From: Phoronis australis
Taxonomy: Eukaryota; Animalia; Phoronida
DNA: 64,000 bases
Assembly: GCA_002633005.1 (NCBI GenBank)
Contig: NMRA01000760.1
Span: 9,432-73,431, forward strand
Reading direction: 5' to 3'
Shown here piece by piece: positions 41,101 to 54,832 of this stretch (position 1 is the first letter of the stretch; the number at the start of each line of letters is the position of its first letter). A model generated the notes under the pieces. The model did no database searches. It saw only the letters and a list, made by a program, of their open reading frames with translations, and had not been told where the DNA came from. Both the position numbers and the translations under genes were made by a program.

Positions 41101-44100
41101 CAGGTGGGCTATTTGACACTAGTGACAAGGTAGTGTTTAAAAAATGATCTAATGCTCAGATTCCTAATAGGTCAGTTGTGACCAACCCCACAAAACATTG
41201 GCTGTAATTTGAGCCTAATAGTGGTAGAGATTTTGTCAGTTGCCACAGATTGTTCATTTCAAGGCAGTACCAGGATTTGAGGGATGAGGTGTTTAGAACT
41301 GTCATATTCCAGCATAAACCAGAAGTTTCAGACCTATAGAAAGTCAAGGAATATTTAGAAAATCGTGCTTTACCTGACATCAAATGCCTTGCTTAGTGGT
41401 CATGAACATAGGGAGTATAAACAGAAAATGTAAAATGAATAAAAGGCAAGTCACTTGTTTTAGAAAGTTCCACAAGTGCAGTTTTGGAAATCACACACCA
41501 CTTGTCTTAGCCTAGTGTCTGTGCCTTTCACCAGTTTTCAAAGAAATGTGATGTCATCCTCCCACCAAACTATCCAAATAATCATTACTCATCAAAACAC
41601 AGTAAACCACAAAGACAGGCCAATGATGCACAATGTGGTCAACTACTTATACAAAAATTTCACCACAAATGGGAAGTCTTCTTGTCTTGACAGAAGTCTC
41701 AACCCACACTCTATTGGCATAAGGCTCTTTCATACTAACATGGACTTGTGGATGTTTCAGGGAGTTGTGGTCAGTAAGGAAATTGTTTGATCGTTGAAAC
41801 AGTGAGACTTTCAAGTCTAATTTTCTCGGAAACTACAGAAAAAAATCTTCTGTTTGGGACTCAGGAGCGTGAAAAAGTCCTTTCACCTTAGCATGGTTAG
41901 TAGATACAGCAGTCACTAACCTTCGGCAATATACCACTGCCAGCCTGGTCGATGAAAACTGACTTTATAAAAACACAAAGTGAACAAAGGTGCAACATAG
42001 GAATCATTGGCTTGGGGAACAAAAAGATCAAGACAGTTGTTTTTGCAAAAAAACTAATTGACATTTTCCCTTTTCTATGAACTTGAAATTGGAGCCTGAA
42101 TTCCCTTGGGCCATATGGCAAGGACGTTTTTAGTCAGCCAATTTAAAAGTTGTTGAATTATAAAACAGGAAAGGTGCATGACACCACCTCACGAAAGATT
42201 TCGCTATTAATTGACAAGGACTAACAAAACCCTCCATCCACTGAACATAATATGATACACCAAAAGAGAATGAAATAACAAAAACTATTCAACACACCTA
42301 GCTTGGACAAAAAGGCAGTCAGTCAAGGGATTTTATATCGTGTTCAACATCATCGAATTACTGTTTTTGTGTGGTCATAAGAAACATTTTGAAAATAAAT
42401 TACTATTCTAACTCAGTATCAGATTCACAAAACAGTCTTAAGAACATAAATTGTTCTTGTGTTTTGACTGTACACCTGTTACTTGAAGAACAACCATCTT
42501 TGGTTACAGTGAGTACAAAATGGCAGAGCTTTGTACACTAAAATTTCTTCTCTCAGTAACGGCTTCTCTCATTTATGGTAATTTATAAAAGATTTATATC
42601 AGTGAATTAATGTTTTACCATTTGTAAGTGATATATCACAGCTAGCACCTAACAACATTTGAAAAAAAATTGTGGGCCTTTAAGAATTAAATTGAAATTG
42701 TGTCCAAATTTCTCAAGTCAGCTTTAAAAAAACAAAAGATATAAAAATTGCTCAACTGTCGGACAAAAAATACAGTAAATAATTGACAAGTGTACTATTC
42801 TTTTCGATCCAGTTCCCTTATAAGCTTTCACATAGTCAAATACCAAAAAATACATTTTTTAAACATATTAGGAAATAGCCAACAGTGTTTGCCTGGGCTG
42901 CGTTCCACAGGCACGAGACACTCAGTGTTGGTCACAGATACAAAAAGCTAATGTTTGTCTTCACCGGATATTGCGGATAATGCAAATGAAGCACCACATT
43001 CTTCAGGAGTGGAGTCTTGATTCTATAGAATGCACCCATTCAGTTAATATCAGAGCATCAAACCGAAGCCCAGTTGGCAATAGTAAATTGCTTCTGTTTA
43101 CCAATTTTCACCAGTAAATATTTGTATTCTGCCATAAGTTTTTAAATCACAACAATTTTTTATCTTCGCAGTGTGACCAGTAAAGTATTTGATGATTCAA
43201 TTTGACCCTAAATAGCTTACGAGAAATTGTTGACCAAGGCAAGTGGCGAACCCTACTGAAACAGTAAAAAGCTTCATGAGGTATTATCGAGGTCCATTTT
43301 TAAATGTTGGCAAGTTTCATAACAATTTGCATCATGTTCTGTATGGACTCCCCAGTACAGAGCCCCTTTCATTGAAATTATAATCCAAGCTCAATTAATA
43401 TAACGGTAACCTATGTTGTATCAGTTTACATAAAAAATTCAAGGAAACATGGTGGGTAATCTGTCAGTTGAACAAAAGAAATATTTGCAGACATCTGCAA
43501 CATCGCATTAAGAAAAAAATTAAGTCATGCTGGCGTGCTTGTAACTCAAAATATTTCATTTAACGAATGACTCATCCCTTTCATTATCATAATCTTGTAT
43601 AGAAAACACTCCACACCAAGCTGTCGACTAAATTAAAGACGATCATTTTCTCAGTAAAAGAAAAACACTTTCAATTGAGTACACCTTTGTGATAAGGGGT
43701 TAGGAATTTTTTTCTGCTAATTGTCAGTACATTCATCATATCAGATAATAATTTAAAATTAGAGACCACTGCAATAACTTACTCTAATGCTGAGGCTACA
43801 GCTTGCAGTTAAAAGACACAAAAAACACTCATTATTGAAATTATCGCAAACGTACTCATAATTTTGCCACTTGTTTTAGGCAAGATTTGTAATGAGAAGT
43901 CATTGCTTCAGTTTTCCACTGGTTTCTGAGAAAAGTAAGGTAACACCTCACCAATTTAAGACACAATATGGTACAAGTGTGAAATTTTATTTTCTCATTT
44001 TTTCATGAACAACGCTTAGCCATTCATCCAGGTTATCTAGCGCGGCTACCAACAGAAAACATTTAGAAAACTTGTCGTCATTCACAACAAATTACTAGAA

Positions 44101-45014
44101 GCCCTGGAAAAAGACATGAAGTCCAATCAATGACAGAAAGGTAGGGACCGAGTTAAATACCGTAAATTCTACAAGCTTCCTACTTCAAGAAAACATTCTT
44201 GCATGTGCTTAATGCACGGTTTCGATGTTGTTGATGCCAGAAACAGAATCCTACCATGGTAAAGAATTGTTCAGTGAAATATCACCAGCTTAGGGCACAA
44301 TATGGGAGAAACAGAAAAATTTTAATCACTTATTTTTCATAAAAGATATGTAGCGCAGTGTTAATGATTTTCGATGTCCAAGTTTTGTACAATACATTGT
44401 TATTGACTACTTGCACACTTTGGTGGCATTGCAAAAATGATTGTTGTGCGTTGTTATTTACGGTAGGACACAATGCATCGTTTTAGCATCAATTTTAACA
44501 TGAAAGCACACTGTTCCAAACAAGCAGAACCATTTGCAGTTGGATACAGCACCTTGTTTTCAAGCATATTGGCGAATTCAAGCAAGTAGTGAATATTCTG
44601 AGCACTAAGCTCTTAAAAAATGAAAAAAGTAATTTTGGGAATTATATTTGTACGAAATTGGTGAGATTTTACCATATAAGATCTTCAATTTTCATTTTTA
44701 GCCAGCTGAAAAGGTATTGCAGTTTGAACCATTTCAAAATAGAGGCCATATAATGAAATATACTTATTACTACTAGGTGGTGACTTGGTAGAAAAGTTTA
44801 GTCAGTTTCTCACCAAGGGCTCCATCTTCTAGTAGGATGGGGTCAGGTTTCTAGTAGAAGCTTTATAGCAGCAGATTCATTTACAGCATGTCTGTAAACA
44901 GTTCACACACTCAATTTTTTGTATATATCTGCTTCACACACCTCTGTTACAACATGGCTTTTGGAACTAAAATATGACTGAGTAGATAGCTGTCCAGAAC
45001 TTGTATAGCAACAC

Positions 45015-45944
45015 AGGCCCCTTCATACTAACATCCACACGTCGATGTTTTGCAGTTACGATCAGTATGAACCAGTAACTTCGGTCCTCGATGGAACTTT
45101 ACAGCTCCAGCTAACTTCACAGTAAATGGGTGGGTTTAACAGTGAAGCGTCAATACTGCAGTGCGGTATGAACAGTCAACTTCGACCTTATCGAAGTTAT
45201 TGCCAGGGACCATTGTTATAGTCAACAATTAAAGGACAGTTCTGCTGCCAATAGTTACTTATATTTTGCTTGAATAATCACCAATCGAATTAGAAATAAG
45301 TTTTATGTCAATTAGCCCTTGTAAATGTTCTCAAATTGTCACATTAAAAAATCTTAGCATGCACGGGATGCCATCGGCACCTCGCGATTACTTCGATGAC
45401 CACAACGTCCCCTACCATTAATTATGATTGTGCTAAAGATGCTATGACTAATTAAAATTGTGAATATTTAAATGTGTAGCAACCGCCACCTTGTGACTTC
45501 CTGGAGAACGGTGTGTACAAGCATAACAAGGAAAAAAACCTTTTGTAAACAAATTGTGGTGTTCAAGAAAACACCACAACTGATACACTTGCAAACAATT
45601 GTAAACTGTATAGAAAACCCTAGTTATTCCAAGTATTATGCAATCATAATTTGATAGTGAAATGAACAAATAATAAAATCTGTGCCTTGTTTCATTAGGG
45701 TAACGGTGACATATTACCATAATGACTTACATAAAAAGTCTTGCAAAATGAGACTTTCTCGACAATGCTAACTGGTTCCCGGATGGTTTCCAGCACACCG
45801 GAAGACCCGGGGTTATTTGTAAACTAGTACTTCATTTGCATATTCACAATTTAATGAGACATAGCATCTTTAACTACTGAAACTGGTATGAAGGATTCAG
45901 TTGTCTTCTGCTCATATCTGAGTTAAGTTGGTATGAAAGGTCCT
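45015..45944. mobile_element. Harbinger-like MITE, diverged copy interrupted by a nested element
   Basis: AGGCCCCTTCATACTAAC...GTATGAAAGGTCCT, colinear with 1701-2206 except for an insert at 45437-45869. Confidence 0.8.
45437..45869. mobile_element. Nested TTAA-targeting MITE (Kolobok-like)
   Basis: Imperfect TIRs of about 38 bp (agatgctatgactaattaaaattgtgaatat / atattcacaatttaatgagacatagcatct), flanked by CTAA and TTAA. The empty site in the 1701 copy reads cattaactacc. Confidence 0.75.
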
Positions 45945-48900
45945 ATAGAAAATTCAGAATATGTAGACAAGGCTTTTTAGAACCAAGCCAATGAGTCATC
46001 CCTGGTGAACCCTATTCAATATTGCACAGGGGTGGGCTAAACAGTAGGGCAGTGTTACATACATGAGAAGGATCATTGTCACAAGATGGCTGATGTAATT
46101 GGCTATTGATAACTGTTTACCTGTGACTCTCTACCTTGTGAGAACCTGTTGTGTTTGTGTAAAGCATTATTTATAGAAGCTGAGACTCTGCAATGGACAT
46201 AACTTGGAAGTCAGTTTTCAATGCCATGGGAAATTTTGCAATGAGCTCTGGGGTTGGGAAAAGCAGACAATTTATTACCACATGTAAACTCAAAAGTCAA
46301 GTTTTTAGCAAAGAAGAAATTATAAAAAGCGTTCTTGCCAATAGGATTATATTTTGGAAGCGAGTTCACCACAGTCCAAGAGAATGTCATTCCTTGACAT
46401 GGTCGGAGTGTATGGACTTTAAAGTCAGATATTGTCACCAAACTAGGTAAAGCTACCATAAACTCCATTATCCATGCTTTAACAAAATATTTTGTAAAAG
46501 GGTCATTTTTGCCTGAGCACGTTAGGATGATTATATATATCACTCTAATTTTACTCGGATGTTAATACGATGCAGTACCAAAATCCCTTTTCAGACTCAG
46601 TTTACAAAGACTCAAGGAGCTCCTATCATTAGGCAGTGACAAGATCTGAGAAATAAAAATGGTAGATTGAACATCAATTGGAAGCTTCAGCTATTTCTGT
46701 AAGCAAAATGAGGCATGAGGCTACAGCCCTAGATGGGGCCCATATTCTAGCATATTCGTGTTAGCCTAAGGAACTTTTTTCAAAATCCCGCGGTAAAATA
46801 TCGGAAGGCCAACGGTGCATGTTGCTCTTGGCTGCGCTGTTGCTTGGGTCACAGGAAATGTGGTTTGAACATCATATGTTATTGAAACCCAGTTTGATGC
46901 TCACTTGGAAACTTTGGTCTCTTAAGAACTTGAAAGTTGATGTTTCATTATAAGATAAACGTACACAGCTTGGAAAAACTTATACCTTTTATTATCAGAA
47001 GGCATAAACGTCACTACCTCATTTTAAAGCATAGCTCAATAGATTTTTTAGCAAAGAGCCTATTCCTGACAAACTGATACAAATATCATGTTAATTACTT
47101 TTGACAGACAATTAGTAATACACCTGTTCAAATTCATAACTAACTATTTAGTAGGACTTGCTACTATAAACAATAGGGCTGAACCTGGAAAAACATAGGT
47201 TTGGCATCAGTGAATCATCATTGTTGGCAGGCTATTTACCCCCATACAAGGCGAAGCCTGGGTACAGTTGACGAGGCTTTTGTGCAAAAACTAGAGGATT
47301 ACACACTGTTTCCTGAACTTGACTTTAGCATAGCTACAGAATCCACAAAAAAGTAAAATAGAATTGTATCATATTCTTCAATCCTATATAATTACTTGAA
47401 TCCAGTCCATCCACTGGTGGCCCAGGCAACTTGTTTTACTTTCAGTACTTGAAAATGATAATTTGTACTTATTCTTAATAAAAACGCATCATAGTAACTG
47501 CAGGTTCCTTGGTCATCTGGTAGGAAATGTGTTTGTGCTCTCTCACNCCCCCCCCCCCCCCCCCCCAGCATTCCACTTGTACTCCAAACAATCACTCCTC
47601 ACTAGCAATGCCTCAAGAATTTTTGGGTATGGTGAGGGGAATTTAGCAAGACTGAAGTATTTTTTCTAAGGCATTGGGGCCCCATAGTGGTCCCAGAATC
47701 GAGGTATCAGTCCTTCATTTGTTATGTAACTTGTTGTACTTGTAGACCATTTACTGATGACAGTTTAACAGATGATCACTTAACCCTCTGTTAAGTTTGA
47801 ATAAGGTAAAATGTTTGAGTAGCTCTATATAAGGAGTGCAAGAGCCCCAGGTCCCTACCAACACACAACTTCACACGACTTCACACAGCCCCTGCAGATT
47901 TACATTCTCCGGGCTTTTGGTGATTACCATTCAATTTTAACTGACGTCTAAGTACTTAAGACTATTCAAAACCCACATAAACATCAAATATTCTGTTTTT
48001 ATATGGTATAAGTTTGAACACCAATAACAAAGAATAAACCAGCTACTTGAGAGTTACAGTGAGGAGAATGTATTGGAAATCCTTTGGCAGTGATGAATTT
48101 GAACACACTGGAGAAAACAACACAGAAGTCCTCACTGCTAATCAAGAATTTTTGGAATACCAACCACCAGATTCATAACCCTTTACTTTAGCTGGTAACA
48201 CTAAAGAAGTAACCAAATTAGATTAATTGAGTACATGATTAGCTGTTCTGGTTTTATCTAAGTTTAAGTATGCGGCTGCCTGGGAAAAAACAAGTTATGT
48301 AGTCAACAAAATGTTAAGGCCAGGATTACCAATCATCACATGCGTTAATGAATTCTTGTGTTGAACAGCAGTGCCCTCGTTCATACGAGAGGAAAGATGC
48401 CTGTGCCTATTTCGGGAAAAATTCTACCTTCCGATCACCATCAGTAGTACCCCCAGTCTGTTGCAAGCCTTCATAGTCTCTGTCTCTAGTAACCAAAACT
48501 AACATTAAGTACTCTTTCAAATTGTCACCTGTATGAGTTACAAATGATTCACACCTCAAGAGAAATTTTTCGATCACTTGCGGGGAGTTTTTGGGCATCA
48601 TGAGGGGAATTTCGCGTAATTTACCAACATTTTTCAGAGCGGAATGGGGACTATTTTCAGCCCCAAAATAAAGGGATTGAAGGCCCTGAACAGGAATAGG
48701 CGGTTTGGCAGAGTGTTGATAGCCTAATAATTCCACTCAGTAAAAAGTTCCCTTGGAATGCTTAAACCAGGTCACTCACCCATATACCCACACATTGAAT
48801 GAAACATGTTCTCAGTTGAAGTGGCATCATATGTGTCAAATTCTATTGAAAATGGCAAGTAAAAAAGTTGTTATCAAGGCTCTTAGTTATTTTCTCTATT

Positions 48901-49836
48901 TTTGTTTTGATTAGATAAACAACATAAATCATGCCTTCCACACATCTGCAGAAGAATAGCAAAACAAAATTTACCAACCTGAACAGAAATCGGAGGCCAT
49001 GTTGAAATTACTCATCACATCAGCATAAAAACTACTAATTCTCGGTAGATTTTTTGCTGGAAGACCATTCCCAACATTTTTTATGGCAGTAACAAATTTG
49101 GCAGTATCTTCCAAGGCAACAAAATTTATACTCTCCACTCATATCTTTTGTAAGCCAGGCATCGAAATGACACCTACATGTCTGGCAAAGAACCATTTAA
49201 GAAAGATTTATAAACATCACCATGACTTGGCCCTGTATCCTGCTTGAGATATGTATTCACTACCCACACTCCTACCATTTAATTGTAACAGTACATTTTA
49301 ATCAAATGTAGTCAAATTCAAAATACCCTCCTAATGACAGACGCCCCACGTACCATTTGCTTGTTTTTGATTTTTTTTTCTTAAAATGTAATATTAATAT
49401 TAATCAGGGACAGTGACAATTTTACAACCCTTCAATTAATTGGCACTCGTCTAAATGGACACTCTAACCAATAGATGACACTTCTATCTGCTGTAGGTTG
49501 GTGACAGCGACGTATTGTGTAGGCCTACTTTTTAATGGCATTAATTTTGCGTCAGTGTATATTTCTCTGACTTATGTTTACGAAAACAGCTTATTACGTT
49601 TGCGTTACACTGTCGTCTGTAGGCGTCGTCTAAACAGAGCAGCTTGGATGGAAAAACAAGATACATTACTATTTTTTTTCAAATACAGCACAAAATGGTT
49701 CTCATTCAGACCCCAGACTCAGTCGTACCATAGTGCCTACAGTGAACGTCTGGTCACACTCCGACTGTCGGCATGGCCATCGGCTGACGTTCGTCATTTG
49801 ACAACAAAACTTTGCTCATACTAACCACTTCCGTAC

Positions 49837-50070
49837 CTTTACAGTATCTGTAGGATGACCCAAAATTGTTGGTTCTTAGCTCGAGCTCGACCAAATCTGG
49901 ACGCTAGCCCTCAATGCAGCGACCGCAGGTGAGGTTTGGAAAACGCAGTTCGCGAGTAGCGACTGCTGCAATGCAATCTTTCCCGCTACAGATGCCTACT
50001 GTCATCTGGTGGTAAAGTTAGGAACTACTGGACAGCAGTTTGTCGTGTGACTACGCATGTGGGCCAACGG
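49837..50070 (-). promoter_or_regulatory. Candidate promoter / first non-coding exon of the tetraspanin
   Basis: Locally CpG-richer segment with donor AAAG|gtacgg at 49837/49836, a TCGCGA core at about 49950, a CTCF-like CCACCAGATGACAG (50012-49999) and GGAACTAC (50021-50028). It lies between the tetraspanin ATG exon and the SDR 3' end. Confidence 0.45.
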
Positions 50071-51004
50071 TATTCACCCAAGATTGCGTTATCGCTTCAT
50101 TAAATTTTTAATGAAAACAAAAGTTTTGAATGACCCGTTCCTCTTCTTAGTTATTTTACAGCATTTTGAAGCTACCCTGGGAATCCAGGACAACCTACGA
50201 ATGGCGTTTGATCAGTCATCGGAAACCCGTTGACACGAAATTTCATGCTTTGGTTGTGCCAAAGATTTTATAGTATCTTTGGTTGTGCCATTCCAAAAGA
50301 TAAACACTGAATTTTCCAACTGAATTTTCACACACGACAAAAAATTAAAAACATAAGTTTGGAAGGTGGGTACTATAATATCGCGTGGAGAGAGGAATGA
50401 GGAAGACGTCTTTACTCGCCGGGTTTTAGCAATGTAGGCAATTAAGCCCGGGTAGCCTACGTACCCACAGAACTGGGGACCCAATAATACCATTTCTTGG
50501 TGTATTTCTCAATTCTAACAAAGCCAAATATATATCCATTTGCTTCACTTGTTTTCTTTGTCAATTGCTTGGTAACATGAACAGATATCTCTGCACTGAA
50601 GACCATTTGCCTGTTGGTGACCCGGAGATGACTGTTATGTGGATAACGCCATGGTTTTCCTTTAATTCTCTGAATTCTAGACAAGAAAACTAAGTACCAA
50701 TAACTTCTCCATAATACCATAACGTGCAATATTAGCTTTGATATGCTTAATCACCGTAGAAGACTTCGTGGAAGGTAACGGTCACTACTTCAATGCTGAA
50801 TAATAATCTACCATGAGGTACCGGCAGACGAGTGTCCGTTTCCATATTCAGGCAAACAAATCATATGCAACCGTGCTCCAGGGAACAATAGGTTTCTCAA
50901 ACAGTTTCATTGGCTCTTTTTGCTGAAAGTTTTGATGTTTCAAACATGCAGCACGTGTGCTAATCATATCTTCAATTTGTTTGTTCATAGTAGCGGGCCA
51001 AAAT

Positions 51005-51183
51005 CATGGGCGGCGCACCAGAGGGGGCTGGGGGGGAGGGGCTATAGCCCCACTTTTTTTTCTATGCTGGGCCGCACATGGTGTGTAGGAGGTACACCAC
51101 AGGGGGGCTGAGAGGCCTTTAGCCCCCCCCCCCCCCCCACACACACACACACACACACTTTTTTCAGTGCTGCGCCGCCCATG
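51005..51183. mobile_element. MITE with 5-bp TSD (hAT5-like)
   Basis: Perfect 13-bp TIR CATGGGCGGCGCA / TGCGCCGCCCATG, with AAAAT on both sides. Confidence 0.85.
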
Positions 51184-52673
51184 AAAATATCACATCACGA
51201 GTTCTAGTGTTTATAGTATATCATGTACACAAATTGCTAGAGTATCAACCTTACAAACCAGGCGCTCATCGTCCATGATAGCATAATTGTCACCTCCACT
51301 GTGAGATAATCTATTCAAACAATCAGTTAAACCAATTAATGTATGACCATTTTTGTTTCCAAACTGAATGAGTGTGGTTGAAGTTTCAGCATCATTCTTT
51401 GAATTCTCCAGAGACATATTGGCTTCTTATAGAAACTCTATAAAATCTTATGGTCCGATTCAAGTTGAAACGTGCCGGACTCCAGGCATACCATGAATCA
51501 ACTTGTGAAATCGAATGCACCCAAAACATTCAGCTAACATCTCTTTCTCTATTTGAACCTATCACTGTTCTGTTAATTTTAGCGCCCTACAGGCATAAGC
51601 AACAATTCATATCCTGGATCACTGTTGCACCTAATCCCTTGGTGATAGCGTCAACATGTAATGTAATTAGTTTGTTGACATTTCAGTATTAATACAGGGG
51701 TGTTACACAAATTTGAGTCTGCCTCCAAGCGCCCCACTTCCAAGAGTTTGCGTTTTTCATTTCTCGCAATGGAGCACTTAATTGATTCAAATTTGGGACA
51801 AATTGGGACACATTTGCAATCATTCCCAACGCTGACCGTAGTTCTTGTTCATAGGCTCTGACATATTAACAATAGCCTGAAATTTCTCCGAGGATGGTTT
51901 TACACCATCTGAGCGGTCAAAACATGACCCACGCACTAATTTGGGGTTGACTGATCTTAGTCTTATTTAGATTCAATTTTCATCCTTGTTTTCTGGCTAT
52001 CATGATTATATCTCAAGTACAACTGTGAGCCGTTCATCATACTCTCGAGATGTTTTGCCGTGAATGGCAATATCCTCCATCACAATTTTCACTCCCAAAA
52101 TGTGACCAAATATTTTGCACAGCCCTTTGATGAATTTCTGGGACTGAACTTTTCAAGCCCATTGACAGTCTATGATTGCCTGTATCGCTGAAATGGAGGT
52201 ATTAAATGCAAAATAGGAAGAACTTTGCTCGCTCAGCCATCCTCTGGCACCGACTCCACGCGACATTACCTGTTCATTGGACCACCCACTGAGTACATAG
52301 TGTGTCTTTTCATCCCACCTCATTCGTCTAGGTTTCCAGTGAAAGACAAAATTCATTGAAGTTGTCCAGCAGTGTCAGCGGTAAATCCACGTTGAGCTAC
52401 CCGAATGGCATTCTAGACACACAGGGCATGCTTCTCAGTAGAGTGACTTTTTCTTCACTAGTTTCCCACCAGAGTCTGGGTGCCTTTTCTGACGAAAGGC
52501 CTTGGAAATGTGCGTTTTCAGATTTAACGTCCTTGCATGGCTATAAAAGGATTACTCGCGAGCCCGAAACTCTGCAAATAGTTTCATATTGTCACAATCG
52601 CGCACACAGGTTTTTTCAATTTTATTTGTACTGTACTTCTAAAACTTTTGAGAATCAGATGCAAACCACACAT

Positions 52674-52929
52674 CATGCGCGCACCCAGGGAGTCACGGGG
52701 GGCTCGAATGAGCCCCCCATTAAGCGAGGTGGGCAAAAAGGTCCGCTTGCGAGAAACAAAAGTCCGAGAAAATGAGACAAAAGTCCACTAAACAAGACAA
52801 AACGCACAAATCAAAGAGGTGCGTCCGTTATTCTTTTTTATTTTAGTCCGCCGGCTATTTTGCTACCAAAAAGGTCCACAACGTCAGGAATTCGAGCCCC
52901 CCCCATATTGAAGGCTGGGTGCGCACATG
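52674..52929. mobile_element. Second MITE with 5-bp TSD (hAT5-like)
   Basis: TIR CATGCGCGCACCCAG / CTGGGTGCGCACATG (14/15), CACAT on both sides and internal AAAGGTCC/AAAAGTCC repeats. A solo related end lies at about 54205-54242. Confidence 0.85.
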
Positions 52930-54494
52930 CACATTAATAATTATTTTCTAAGTTCACTACAGCTTATGGTCTGAGCATTTCTCGCATTGTTGATGAACGA
53001 GCCGGAAAATTTCAAGCCCAGCACGGGCAATGCATGCGAAGATACGCCATCTTCGTATTTGTAATTTAGACTGACTTAATCAACCTCACAGAGTACCGAA
53101 ATGTGACCAAGAGATTTCACGAATCCCTGATAGCTTCCATTTTTTGTTTCCTGACAACTACATACTGACGAAATGTATATTTAAGAGAAATTGCCGAACC
53201 AATGGCAAACAATATAACACGACCTAATTCCCCTAGTGATTAAAATATTCAAACGTGTTACGTAGTTTACGGCGCTGGTCACAGGAAGAATGAACTTTCA
53301 CTGACTAGGACCGACCCAGCTACATGTACGAGGACGGACAAGACATGAGAAGTACTGACCCAACTGAGAGAACGGACAAGACATGGGGAGGACGTAACCC
53401 AAAATGGGAAGTTGTGATAAGAAGGGCGAGCATTTTCTTCATTTGACTAGTGACTATAAAAAGGACGCTCCAATATGATTAACTTCGGTTCCCCGTGACC
53501 ATAATTGCGTTACTAAAACCGCTCAGTCACGGTATTCATTGTGTCCGCGAGTGTCAAACTCTAGGCCTACAAAATTTGTCAATTCAACACTAACTTGAAA
53601 TATCCGCACGAATAACTGAAAAATAAAATTCATATGTACGTCTTAAAAATACAGCGAGTTCATAACTGCATTACGTTAATTTGGCCATAATTTACACAGT
53701 GTTGCTGGGGTTTCACTAACAATGTCCACTTATAGTCATCTCATTCAGTTTTATAAAACTTAAAAAGCGTGCTAATGAATCGAACAAAGGCGTTACTTTG
53801 ACAACATCTTTCATCCATCACAACCCTTACTTCCGATTCTGTGGGTCCGCCTTCCCATTTGAAAGGCGTCCCAACTTTCATTGAAATTCAGTGACATCCT
53901 ATGCCTAACAGAAACTTTTTTCAAAACAATGTCTAACANTGGTCAGGCAAATCAAATCGCAATGTTTGAAAGTATTCGAGTTTTTCATAAAAATTGAATA
54001 AATCCTTCACTGTTTGGCTAATTGTGAAAGGATAAATACTGCGTTTTGTCAAGGACTCGATTGGTAGCCATTGAGATTCTGATCATAAGACAGGTGATTC
54101 TGCCATACACAACCACCTGGAGCATAGAAAGATATCTACTCAGAAACCCCAGGACTTGAAGGTTGAGAGACCCAGAGATCCCACAATCAAATCCCATCAA
54201 GATGCATGCGCGCACCCATCCTAAACTGTAGGGGGGGGGGGCAGAATTTAAAATTAAAACTTTTATAATCTATCCAAATCACTTAAAATCACAAAGAATT
54301 CCCAGGAGCACACTCTCAACTGGTAGTTTAATTTCTGATCTTATCAAAACATTTGTTTAGTGTTTTATCACCTGGACAGCGGAGAACAATGATATTTTAA
54401 TACACAGTAATATCAATTTTATTGAACAATAAGACAATGTTCGCATACATATCAATGAGTTTTTAATCCTCGTTTTACAGATGAAACACCAATA

Positions 54495-54832
54495 TTATGA
54501 TTGGCTAAGAAGGACAGGTTTTTGTTCCCCGAAGGGGGATATCACTCTTGTTAATTTATCCGATAACCATATTGGCAATATCGGCATCAAAGACAGAAGG
54601 GACTCCGCCCCCGCTCCACATGGATACTTCTCCCTTGGACGCTTGGACAACAGACCGCTTCGCATAGCCCGAACAACGGGACTAATGTCTTTGGCTAGAG
54701 ATCGTTTCATTTTGATGTATGTGTCAAAGATGTACTTGTGATACGATTCACCGTACGCAGTCCTCGTCTGTTCGTTCATCAGTCTCCAAGTTCTGTCTCG
54801 TTCTTGTTCAATTCTTGACTCATCCACAGCTT
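54495..54832 (-). CDS. SDR last coding exon
   Basis: tttttttcag|(E)[30 protein letters not shown]...KPVLLSQS*. An AATAAA lies on the minus strand about 70 nt after the stop (about 54418-54423). Confidence 0.92.

Noticed and set aside
25746-45944. Inverted MITE copies flanking the candidate exon at 30139-30231 as drivers of circRNA or dsRNA
   Set aside because: The copies are visibly diverged, about 19 kb apart and one is interrupted, and the exon itself is unverified.
52356-52775. 139-aa ORF and the many other 60-130 aa ORFs in the track
   Set aside because: They have no recognisable motifs and often start at non-ATG codons. This one runs into a MITE. Such ORFs are expected by chance in 64 kb.
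53256-53530. TGTTAC-starting segment with a TATAAAA and short direct repeats, LTR-like
   Set aside because: No matching CA end, PBS or TSD was found.
30591-53939. Isolated N bases at 30591, 47547 and 53939, and long G/C homopolymers (about 25592-25628 and 47548-47566)
   Set aside because: These are assembly ambiguities or low-complexity runs with no evidence of biological meaning.
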